DNA from: Podarcis gaigeae
Lineage: Eukaryota
Assembly: GCA_964106915.2 (NCBI GenBank)
Contig: OZ066914.1
Strand: one strand, 5' to 3'
Length of the DNA: 64,000 nt
Shown: piece after piece, positions 37,486 to 49,271 of the stretch
Position numbering within the stretch: position 1 is the first letter of the stretch
How the letters are laid out: every line of letters starts with the position of its first letter
The notes under the pieces: model-generated
The model's database searches: none
The model's input: the letters and a program-made list of their open reading frames with translations, nothing else
What the model was told of the DNA's origin: nothing
Program-made: the position numbers and the translations under genes

Positions 37486-37575
37486 CATAGCTGTCAACGT
37501 TTCCCTTTTTTTAAGGGAAATTCCCTTATTCCGAATAGGATTCCTCGCAAGAAAAGGGAAACGTTGACAGCTATG
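37486..37575. mobile_element. 90-bp hAT-type MITE with 24-bp perfect TIRs
   Basis: TIR CATAGCTGTCAACGTTTCCCTTTT with perfect 8-bp TSD CAGAAGAG. Confidence 0.88.
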
Positions 37576-39509
37576 CAGAAGAGTCTACAAAAGAGGATAC
37601 TGGAGGATTAAATCCATGACAAATGTGTAGAATGACTGGACAGGTGCTTGTGAAGAGGCAGCAGAGGAGGCCAAAGAGATGAATACCGAACAGATAAACT
37701 TGCTGCATCAGTTTATACCAATCCATCCAAATTCCTTGACCTCCAGAGGGAAGCAAACTTGTGGATTTGTCCCTGCACTTATGTCCCTGCACTGCCTTTA
37801 CAAATGAGGCAAAGTGAGTGACTGCAGTCAACCAATAAAGATGCAAACTGTTTCTGTTTTATACTTACTTTATTCTAATAGTATGATCCATCTATTTTCA
37901 ATTAAAAGCAGGTGCTGCTGAGTTAAATGGGACTTTAGATTAACTATACACAGTTTTGCAGTCTAAGAGTCCAAATAATTGAAAAAATCTCTGCTGAGAG
38001 ATCGCTGCAGTCCAATCACTGCAGTGCAATCCACACTTTTATTTTATTGTTGTTAAGATGACACTATTCATGTCTTACACCTGTTACTGCCCTGTCAACC
38101 ATTAGGCTGAGGATGACTCATAACACTGCCTATCGCCAACAATGAGAGACATTATTGCCGGCAAGCTAGATTATACACGTAATGATGCAATTCTAGTTCC
38201 TTGTTTGTAGTCCACATTTCTGAAACCTCACCCTCTTGGATCTACACTATTAATTTTTTATCCTCTAGAAATTCTCACCATTGCTACAGATGCGCTCCTG
38301 TTTCACTGGATGTGAGGAAGGAGGCTGGCAATGACAGATTTAATAGTTTTGGAGATCAAGGGTGAGCTCGCTCCAGGGCATGAGCCAAGAAATTTCCAGA
38401 AAACTCCAGTTTGGCAGAAAGATGTTGTCCAAGACTAGTGCCCTGACAGCATGCCAAGGTAATAAGTTTCACCCATGGGAGGTGAAGGGATCAGGAACAG
38501 GCAGTCCAAATGCCAGTTAGGGTGGAGTGAAGAAAGAAGAGCAAAATGGCCCTCTATTATTTTATCATTCTGCTGTTTTCTCATGAATTATGTTTTTTCA
38601 TTGTGAATTTAACCCACTTTAGGATTACTCTTAGTAACGCAGTGGGTAAGAAACAATCTAAAGTGAAAACAAACCAAAACATGCTTAAGGTGCAATGGTG
38701 AGAAAAATGCAAGGCAGCCATTCATCACTTTGACAAGTGAAGACACTGCCCCATGAACTTTAATTGAGGTAGATGTCAAAAGAAGGGGCCCAACCTTGGA
38801 ACATCCAGGGACATGTTTGGAAAAAATGGGAAACATATTATCAAGTTGCAGCAGAGTGCCATGCAGGGCGGCTCAGGAAAGACAAAATGCAGTCACTTGC
38901 GTAATACTGTATTGTGCCAACCCTCCTTTCCATGTGTTCTGAATATATGGAGGTGTGGGACCAAGTGAGGTGCCCCCTCCACACCTGACTTCTTGAATTA
39001 TGTGGGGAAATCTGAAGGAGACTGGTCAAGAGATTCAGTGGAATATGCTTACAGTTCTTCTCATGATCAGAAACCATGACTGTATAGGATTCTCTGTTGC
39101 AGGGAGGGTTGTAAGCATGTTTGGCCAAGAATACTTTGAGTGGAAACCACTGGGTGGCAGAGGAAATGGAGACACTCAGTGGCCCCAAGCCCTGACCATA
39201 GATATACATTCAAAATGCTTAAATAAGACTATTATTGCCCCAACTTTCCATCTTTTACCTGTGATGAAGCTGGCAATGGGTTGTGGTGAAATCTGTCCTC
39301 CAGTTTCTAACAAAAATTCTTCCTTTACAAGAGAGACTTCTATTTTTTTCTGCTTCATTCGAAGTCCCCTTAAGCATTTCTTTATAAATTTTAGTGCATA
39401 TGTGGGGTTGAACTCACCTTAGTATTGCAAGGTGGCCAAGGTAGGGTGCACCCGTGCTTCTTTCCAGGAAACATTGGCTTACACACATTGATTTACTAGT
39501 AGTTTAGTA

Positions 39510-39891
39510 GGTAAAAAAAGGGAAAAGGACCTCTGGATGGTTAAGTCCAGTCAAAGGCAACTGTGGGGTTGTGGTGCTCATCTCGCTTTCAGGCCGAGGG
39601 AGCCAGCATTTGTCCACAGACAGCTTTCCGGGTCATGTGGCTAGCATGACTAAACCACTTCTGGTGCAACGGGACACCGTGATGGAAACCAGAGCGCACA
39701 GAAATGCCGTTTACCTTCCCGCAGCAGCGGTACCTATTTATCTACTTACATTGGCGTGCTTTCAAACTGCTAGGTTGGCAGGAGCTGGGACAGAACAATG
39801 GGAGCTCACCCGTCACAGGGATTTGAACCGCTGACCTTCTGATCAGCAAGCCCAAGAGGCTCAGTGGTTTAGACCACAGTGCCACCTGCGT
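39510..39891 (-). mobile_element. Sauria SINE
   Basis: Homologous to the other copies. 14-bp TSD CTAG(T/A)AGTTTAGTA at 39496-39509 / 39892-39905. Confidence 0.88.
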
Positions 39892-40792
39892 CTAGAAGTT
39901 TAGTATACCTAATGTTGCTAGTGTAGATGGTGGCTAATGTCCATTTTTGTTTTTTATAACATTTATAATCCCGCCTTTCAGTTTCATCAATATTCAAGGT
40001 AGCTCATGAGACAACTAAAATCAGTATTAAAGTAAAGCCAAATTAAATTAAATAAGCCAAGTTAAATATAAAATACAACACCTTACCTCCCACCTGTTCC
40101 ACAGGGTTCTCCAATCTGGGGCAAATTTTTCAGTGAGGGGTTTGGGCAGATGGAAAGGAGAGGGGGATTTGGTGAAAACCACTCCCTCCCTATTCCACTG
40201 ATGGAAGGAATTGCTGGATCAAAAATGCCTTCCTTCACCAGAGTGGCACAACCGGATACATTTTTTTTCAATCAAAATTTTCTCTATAGACTTTATGGAC
40301 TGTTGTTTCCTTTGAGTATCACACCTTTTTAAAGGAAAGCATTCCTAATGTATGAGTTCTAAACGAACAGGTTTTCAAATGTTTTAAGCTTCTGAAGAAA
40401 TAAAGAAAACATAATGGTTATGTACTCAAGGTTTACAGAACAAGTCTGACTTGGGGGAGGCAAGACAAAAGGCTTTGAAGACAAGAGAAAGAGAGCCAAA
40501 CTTGTGCCTAGAGCCTTTCTTAACAAATAGTTTTTGTGTTGCTGAGTTTCCTCCTCCACCACAGTATGTTTACTTAGTTATGCAGTAATTGGTATTGGCT
40601 CCCATGCAAAGGTATTTCAGAAAAGGCCACTTGAGAAGTTACCAGATCTCTAGAAAAAAATGTGCTTTGGGATTATTGGCAATACAAATAATGACATTTA
40701 TTCTGAAGTAATTCCAGTGGAAGTTACTCCGGATTAACTGTTTTTAGGACTACACCTTAATTTTAAGTGAGCCAAATTAGAAATATTCTATA

Positions 40793-41104
40793 CTGTGGTA
40801 CCTCGGGTTAAGTGCTCTGATGGTGTTTCCTGCCTGGCAGGGGGTTGGACTCAATGGCCCTTGTGGTCTCTTCCAACTCTATGATTCTATGATTCTAAGT
40901 ACTTAATTCATCCAGAGGTCTGTTCTTAACCTGGAACTGTTCTTAACCAGAAGCACCACTTTAGCTAATGGGGCCTCCTGCTGCCGCCGCGTCGCTGAAG
41001 CACAATTTCTGTTCTCATCCTGAAGCAAAGTTCTTAACCTGATGCACTATTTCTGGGTTAGCGGAGTCTGTAACCTGAAGCGTATGTAACCTGAGGTACC
41101 ACTG
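40793..41104. mobile_element. Tc1/mariner-type MITE interrupted by a CR1 3' tail (40814-40895)
   Basis: TA-flanked ends. The insert ends in (ATTCTATG)n with TAAGT duplicated at 40809-40813 / 40896-40900. Confidence 0.8.
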
Positions 41105-41389
41105 TATGTGTTGATGTGAAACCCAAATCCTTTTGATTTCTGTGGATCACAGATGGGGGTATATGGCTTTGAATTTTGGTCATCCCTAATAATCCACTTT
41201 TAACATTGTGGTATGTCAAAGAATGGAGGCAAAGCTGTCCAGAGGTGTATTGTTTGCCAGTCAACACCCTTCTGAAACAAAAACCGCAGAGTGTCTTTTT
41301 ATAGCCTAAGCATTCATAGACTATGGTTGTAAGGTGAGGCAGGAATAGAATTTAATGGATTCGGAGGGAAATGCATTATACCTTATGCC

Positions 41390-41560
41390 AGGTGGCATCA
41401 TGGAGAGAGCTGTGGTAGGGTAGCCGAAGACATTTCAGGAAGACAGATTATTTTGATCCAGTCTGATTTGGATACAGGCCTGGCCGCGGGACTGAGTCTC
41501 TAGTGGTTGCCCTGGTGGATGGGGCAGGGGGAAACACAACCTTGCACTTGCTTATTGATT
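41390..41560 (+). mobile_element. Decayed L2-type RT fragment
   Basis: 41446-41520 translates to DYFDPV*FGYRPGRGTESLVVALVD, compared with the typical LDPFQSGFRPGHGTETALV. Confidence 0.6.
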
Positions 41561-42244
41561 TCTTCCGCATGACATAAATAGCACAACATTTAATTCCTTC
41601 CTCCACACAAGCAGAAGGCCATTGTTCTGAGGATTCCTACGACTGAAAGTAGATCAGGCAGCCGAAACCAGATCAGGCACCGGGAAACAAATTGTATGTG
41701 ACATCTTATGTCTGTAGTGTAGGTAATTCAGGTGATTGCTAATATACAGTGTACGCTAGAGGCTGCACTGCAGGAATTTTTATTTCTTCATTGCTATTGT
41801 ACACCAAGAGAACACTATCACTTCCTGAAAACACATACACTAAGCTTCTTTGTTGCAAGTCACAATGAAGAATGCTAATGCCATAAGTCGATTTGTAACG
41901 AGAGAAGCCGTGAGAGAGAGAAAAGTCTGCAAACATCAATAAATGTCTGGACAAAAGGAATGCCAAATGATTGTAGGGAGCTAAACTAGAAATCGTGTCA
42001 CATGAACCTCCCAATGCAAACAGTGGTGGCAAAGGAAAAAAACCAAAGGTATAGCAGAACTTTGCTGTGAAGTGGCTAAATTTACCAAGCTATAAATTTG
42101 GGTTACCCTAATCAAAACATGACACACAATTGGTTTTTCTGTAGAATTTTTCAGAGAAGCATTTCATCTAGCAATATGGGGATCCCACAGTGAAACTGGT
42201 GTAGAATCAAAATCTTTCCATTGTCACTATAGCAGAAGCCTCTT

Positions 42245-42854
42245 TTGTTGTTGTTTAGTCATTTAGTCGTTTAGTCTTTGTGACCCCATGGACCAGAGCA
42301 CGCCAGGCACTCCTGTCTTCCACTGCCTCCCGCAGTTTGGTCAAACTCATGCTGGTAGCTTCAAGAACACTGTCCAACCACCTTGTCCTCTGTCATTCCC
42401 TTCTCCTTCTGCCCTTGATCTTTCCCAACATCAGGGTCTTCTCCAGTGAGTCTTCTCTTCTCATGAGGTGGCCAAAGTATTCAGGCCTCAGCTTCATGAT
42501 CTGGCCTTTCAGTGAGCACTCAGGGCTGATTTCCTTCAGAATGGATAGGTTTGATCTTCTTGCAGTCCATGGGACTCTCAAGAGTCTCCTCCAGCACCAT
42601 AATTCAAAAGCATCAATTCTTTGGCAATCAGCCTTCTTTATGGTCCAGCTCTCACTTCCATACATCACTACTGGAAAACCACAGTTTTAACTATACGGAC
42701 CTTTGTCGGCAAGGTGATGTCTCTGCTTTTTAAGATGCTGTCTAGGTTTGTCATTGCTTTTCTCCCAAGAAGCAGGCGTCTTTTAATTTCATGACTACTG
42801 TCACCATCTGCAGTGATCATGGAACTCAAGAAAGTAAAATCTCCCATGAAGGAA
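42245..42854 (-). mobile_element. BovB 3' fragment
   Basis: Encodes MYGSESWTIKKADCQRIDAFELWCWRRLLRVPW. 11-bp TSD AGAAGCCTCTT at 42234-42244 / 42855-42865. Confidence 0.92.
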
Positions 42855-42876
42855 AGAAGCCTCTTACTATCTTATA

Positions 42877-43117
42877 CAGTGGTACCTCAGTTTAAGTACT
42901 TAATTCATTCCGGAGGTCCGTTCTTAGCCTGAAACTGTTCTTAACCTGAAGCACCACTTTAGCTAATGGAGCCTCCTCCTGCAGCTGCGCCGCCGGAGCC
43001 CGATTTCTGTTCTTATCCTGAAGCAAAGTTCTTAACCCGAGGTACTATTTCTGGGTTAGCAGAGTGTGTAACCTGAAGCGTATGTAACCTGAAGCGTATG
43101 TAACCCGAGGTACCACT
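42877..43117. mobile_element. Tc1/mariner-type MITE (same family)
   Basis: TA|CAGTGGTACCTC...GAGGTACCACT. Confidence 0.8.
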
Positions 43118-46100
43118 CAGTCTTTGCCTTTGTCTGGGAACTCTTCTCCATAACACAGTAATATAGTGTTGCATGCCACCCCAATCTCTGAGCAGTGCGA
43201 GATCCCAGGGGATCCAAGTGCTTTACCCAGGTTTCATGTTTTCTCCTGAGAAAAAGGCACAGCAGGGACTCTGGTGTCTTTAGAATATATGGCTTACTTG
43301 CACATATATGCAACCTGAGCCTACAATGGAGGAGGAGGAGCATTAACACCCCAAAGGGTCTCGTTTCTCCCATAGCCACAGCCTTGAATTTAAGTGGAAA
43401 TCAAACACTGTGCTCTGCCTCTCTGATTTTCCAGCTTGCAACTTTACTTCTAGGTCACATTACTGCCAACTCACAACTCTAAAGCTCTGGCTTTTGTCCT
43501 TCTCACAAAGAGCTGAAGGAAGGGCCCCTTCCATTTTCAGTCTGGCACAGAGACCCCTTTCTTTGGGTCTCTTAATGGCCCATCACCCAGGTGATTACCT
43601 GAACACAAGAAGCTAGTCTGATTTATATTTTAACATGAGTTAAATCTAGGGGTTATGTAGGTGTCTGGCACCCACAAACAATAATCAAAACAAATCCTGC
43701 AACTCTGAAAAGACACCTGCTATCTAACTTGCAAAAATATTTGACTTCTGTAGGTTCTCCTTATGAAAGAGTCTAGTCATAAAGACCTATGCTGTTACCT
43801 TTTCTATAGCAACAATACATTCCATGACTTTCTGAGAACACTTAAGTAGAGAAGCAGGGGAAATGGAGCCCCACACAGCCCGCTTAGTAATGTAGCAGCT
43901 CTTTAGATAAAGCAAATGTTGATGACATTCGGAAGCTGCCTTTCAGATGCACTAGTAAACCATATTCTTGGAGATCCCTCTAGTGGCTGAAGTAAGAGTA
44001 TAAGCTATTCTACAGAGTATGGTGGGCTTTGCATCAAAACCCTTTGTTTCATGGTTAGCAATATCTGTAGAAGATTTTTTACAAGAGTTTCTCATGACAG
44101 CAATTGTACAACTCTTTCATTTAGATATTCCTCAAAAACACCTTTGAAAGCAATTAATGATTCTGGAAAGCACAAATTCTATCTTACGATGTTGATGAAT
44201 TTCAGGCAGGAGATAAAAAAAGTACACTCGTTCCACAGTTAACTGACACAGAAGAGCAGTAACGTAGTCAGAGGTGGACTCGTATTGTAGCCATTCCCAG
44301 GGAAGTAGTGATGAACCTGTGGCCCTCCAGGGGTTGTTGGCCTTTAACTCATCAGCCCTATAGACAAAGAGGAGTAGGATGATTGGAGTTGGCCTACTAC
44401 ACAGGTGCTCCACCTGTGACCTATGCACATATTGACCTAGAGACATATTGATTACATGGTGCAGGAAGGAGTGAGCACGGAACATCATTAGAAGGTGATG
44501 AGAGCTTAGAGCTATGGAGCTCCAAGCTATGGAGCTTGGAGGAGGGAGGGGAACACATCATAGGATGAGGCTGCAGGTTCTGGAGGCAGAACTACTGTAT
44601 AATCACCCATCACCCTATAAATAAAAGAAGGTGTCCTGCTCACACTAGGCTCTTAAGTAAACAGGGGTCTTATCAGCAACAATACCCATGGGGCAAGCAG
44701 ACAGAGCAGCATCCAGGGCCAGAGTCCAAGCAAGGTGAGCTTGCAAAAGGCAGGAGGCAACATCAGAGCAGTTCAAGGTCAGGATCCAAGCTAGAAGAGT
44801 TCACAAGAGTCAGACAGTAGTTGAAGCTACTGTAATAAACCCGAACCTCAGCTGACTCCTATCAACCCCCTTCATATCAGAGATCTCCTTTGGAGGAGTG
44901 TATTACTTCTGAGGGGAAGTACTTTACTTTACACCGGACGAATCCTTTCCTGCAATCTCCAGGTGGGCCAGGTTTCCATCTAGTCTTTACAGTAGTACTG
45001 CATTTGCCTTGGGTTTGGGACCCAATTCAGCCCCAAAGTTAGAGGCTGAACTCACCTTGGGTGCAGATGGCCCTTTCCGTGACCTTGTTGCAGTATCCCA
45101 GATGGAGGCTGAACCAGGATTTGGTATAAGGCCAGGGTCTCGTGGTCCCCCTCTGATAAGGGCTCTCCTGGCTGAGACATGACAAAAAGATAGTTTCACT
45201 GTGTGTGTGTATGCAAAAGCGCATGGGGGGAGGGATGCCAAACTGGCTCTTGGATCTGAGTGGAATAAAGCCTAGTTTCACCTCTTCCCAAAGGCTTCCT
45301 GGTAGGATTTCAGAAAAACATTAAACATTTATTTCTCCCATGAAAATATAATACAAATACACCAAGGTATCCTGATTCAGAATACTTTCAGATGTGTTGA
45401 GAACACTGATGATTTGGCAATAAAAGAGAACATCTTATTTTCCTGCATATTACTTGAAAGGTGTTTCATATTACAGCTATGAGCAAACAAGTCCTTCACA
45501 CATATGCAACAAATTATAATAAGAGGACATTAGAACACATGCAATTCTCCCCTGCCCCCAATAAAAAATAGCCTCTTGGTGCACCTGACTGCAGAATTTT
45601 ACCCCAGTTGCTATATGTATTAGATTTATATTATCTATTCTCTGGTTTCTCTTCAGATCGTAGAAATGTTTTCCTTTTATAGTTTCACATTATCTGTGTT
45701 ATGTTTGTTGTTATTTTTAATTGTCATATATGCAAACATTTTAGCTGTTTTAAAAAAGGCCGTTGCTATGCATATGCTTCTATTGTACTGTAAATCACTT
45801 CACGGGGTTATGGGAAGTGTTTCATAAACAACAACAACAAATAGGATTCCCTATTCAAAAAAACAAAAAAACCACAGGCTGCTACTCTGCATTCAAAATT
45901 TGCAATTACTGGTAGCCATGTATTCAGTGTAGCAGGTCCAAGGATGTGGAACTCTCCCTAACCGAGATTAGACAGCCCCCTCCTTGTGGAGTTTCAGGCA
46001 CATGAAAAACACGTCCTTATTTCAGCAGGCATCTTAAGGCAGTGTTTGGCTTCATCGTGCATTTCCTACTACTCTTACTCTTCATGTGGTTTATTTATTT

Positions 46101-46857
46101 ATTTTTTGTAATTGTATGTGCACTGCTTAGAAACGTTAATGATTAAGTGGTGCATAAATACCCTTAATAATAAATAAATAATGGCAACCATGTGTCAAGT
46201 TTCCCCTCCCCTGAAAGGCCTTAGCTCCTTTCCCAATTGTAGGGGCAGAGAACAAGAAGGTAAGCTCAACTCCATTACAGGGAGAAATGATGATCTTAGA
46301 CTGTTTGGATATTGGAGAAGAAGGGCATTTCCAGAAACCATTATAAACACTACTTGTTTACACATGGAGCAATCATTATAGAACAGGAACAGGAACAGGA
46401 AGGAAGGAAAGGATATTGACTCAAAATCAAAACTGGTTTACATTCCACATCAGATAGAAGTTTCTTAAGACACAAATTCATATGTTGTGAAACGTGTAGT
46501 AGCAAATTCCAGTGGGTTAAGGCAGATAAACATTTGAGGGGGGAGCGCACTTGACAGAGTGAATCAATTAATTTATGTCATAATCCGTTGTGACTGCAAT
46601 TCTTAGCTCACCCTTCTTTCATTAGGGAACTCCCAAGATGACATAATCAGAATTGCTGCATCACTCTCCTCAAAAAACAAAGCAAACAAACATCACTTAC
46701 ATTTTCTTTCACAGGTTCTGTAATATTAAACTAAATGGTTGAGAATTTCCTGCCTCTGTAGTGTTACCCCACAGTCTGACACCCAATGTAGTCTGCAGTG
46801 CAGAGCAATTCCCTCAGGGAAGATAATGTTATTAAGGGTCCACTAGCTACAAATCAC

Positions 46858-47224
46858 GGAGACACGGGTGGTGCTGTGGTCTAAACCACAGAGCCTAGGG
46901 CTTGCCGCTAAGAAGGTTGGCGGTTCAAATCCCCGCGACGGGGTGAGCTCCCGTTGCTCGGTCCCAGCTCCTGCCCACCTAGCAGTTCAAAAGCACGTCA
47001 AAGTGAGAGTAGATAAATAGGTACCGCTCTGGAGGGAAGGTAAACGGTGTTTCCGTGCACTGCTCTGGTTAGCCAGAAGCAGCTTAGTCATGCTGGCCAG
47101 ATGAAATGGAAGCTGTCTGCGGACAAACACCGGCTCCCTCGGCCTATAGAGCGAGATGAGCGCACAACCCCAGAGTTGTCTGCGACTGGACCTAACGGTC
47201 AGGGGGTACCTTTACCTTTACCTT
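46858..47224 (+). mobile_element. Sauria SINE
   Basis: Head GACACGGGTGGTGCTGTGG and (ACCTTT)n tail. TSD TAGC(T/C)ACAAAT at 46844-46854 / 47225-47235. Confidence 0.88.
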
Positions 47225-47758
47225 TAGCCACAAATAAAAAGTGACAGAATATAAAATACACAAGATTGTTAAAACAGAAAACAAAACAGAAAACAGTCAT
47301 AGATGGTCTAAGTAAGGGCAATTGCAATATTTAGAAATATGACAGCTGAAATGTGTATTACACTTATGATACAGATCTTAATCTAGTGAGAATAGTCTGC
47401 TTTCTACTAAAGTCAATGGCAAAACATTGGTTCCCCACTAAGGCTTATGCCTGTATCCAGACAACACAGCATCAATATTATACAATTGAAAATGGGTACA
47501 GATAACCACTTTTGCCTTCTCTGTGAGATGTGCTATAAAAAAAAGTTTCCTCATCAAAATGATACATCTAACCAAGTTATTCTGTGGTGGGAGAACTCAC
47601 CTCAGAATGTCTGCATGGATTCAAGGTTGCTTCAGGAGATATGGCAGAGTTATGGCTTCTGAAAGACAAAGTAAGCAAAATACTGCATTTTGCCTATCCA
47701 CTAGGGCTGATCATGGTAAATGTTCCTTCTCCAGAAAGCTAATAGTCCAACCATTTTT

Positions 47759-47833
47759 ATAACATAACAACATAACAACATAACATAACATAACATAACA
47801 TAACATAACATAACATAACATAACATAACATAA
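47759..47833. repeat. (ATAAC)n pentanucleotide microsatellite
   Basis: Read directly from the sequence. Confidence 0.95.
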
Positions 47834-49026
47834 TTATTTAGAGAGAACTATATTTGCTGGGTCAGGGCACAAGAGGCCCAGATGTTCTTATCTTCTCTGT
47901 GAAATTGCTTTGAAGTTGTGTGCAGTGTTTTCAGGTTTGTATGGTGTGTGTGTGTATCCAGGTTTTGATGGTCATATGCCCCATAACTGCTTTAGACACT
48001 GCAACAGAAATATTTGCCTATTATTTGGATATACATTTCTTTGACTGGGTTCCTCCTACCCATACCCTGGAAGCAGTGCTTGGCTTCCTTTTCCAGCAGG
48101 TGCTTGTGTTGGTGTTAGGTGGCTGTCATTATTAAAAAAAATGGGTAGGGTCACTTGGAAGGCTGCTTTGGTTAAAACAGAAACAGGTGCCTCCACAAGA
48201 GAAGGGGAAAAGCAATAATGCCTTAACTACCTGAAGCAACTTCGGCATTGCAAGTACTGAATCATGTCCACCCCAAAGGATTGTCAGCAGGTAAGACAAC
48301 TGAATGTTTTAAATGTACTGGCTACTATAGATTTAAGAGCATTTCCGTTGGCACTGAAGGTGATTAGATATTTGGTCATCTTGTGCACATATTTCAGTGA
48401 ATGTCCAAAATGATGGAGGTTGTCAGCCATCAGCCCAGAATGCTGACAACGCAGCAGACATCTGATGAATTCCTAGAAATGCAGAGATAAACCAGTCAAT
48501 GTGGCCTGTCACTTAATGGTCATTATTGTCAGTATTTACTTAATGTCACTTTGGACATTGAACAGATACATGTGGGAAAGGAACAGACAACATTCGCTCA
48601 TGTTTGTTGACCATCTCTACCATTTCAGAGTTTCACAGTAGCATACTCTACATTTACACGCTACGGACATACTACAGCCAGCTGCAAAATAGATAAAATA
48701 CTTGTCGCAGGTCACCATAGCAAAATATATTCAACAACAAATGTGTGTGTGTGTACCAGTAATAGTTCTCAACAGCCAGATTTGTTTTAATTTTAACAAC
48801 TTCTTGGTTGGTTGGTTGGTTGGTTGGAGAATGAATTTACCCCCTATTCTCTGTGACAGTCACCTCCTCAATTGCTCTGCCTTCTCTTTTCCAGGTTGAA
48901 TTTGCCCACATTCCCACTTCCTTCTAATCTTGTTTTCCATTTCACTGGCTGCCTTTCCCCCCTTCCTCTGAACACCTTCCTGTTTGTCTACATGCTAAAG
49001 TATGGTGCCCAGAACTGAACACATTA

Positions 49027-49271
49027 CAGTGGTACCTCGGGTTGCATACGCTTCAGGTTACATACGCTTCAGGTTACAGACTCCGCTAACCCAGAAATAG
49101 TACTTCGGGTTAAGAACTTTGCTTCAGGATAAGAACAGAAATCATGCTCCAGCGGCATGGCAGCAGTAGCAGGAGGCCCCATTAGCTAAAGTGGTGGTTC
49201 AGGTTAAGAACAGTTTCAGGTTAAGAACAGACCTCCAGAGCGAATTAAGTACTTAACCCAAGGTACCACTG
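49027..49271. mobile_element. Tc1/mariner-type MITE (same family, opposite orientation)
   Basis: TA|CAGTGGTACCT...AGGTACCACTG|TA. Confidence 0.85.

Noticed and set aside
20112-48480. Other CTGATGA boxes (near 20113, 23904, 45406, 48462) as hammerheads
   Set aside because: No stem II plus GAAA and no flanking stems in register.
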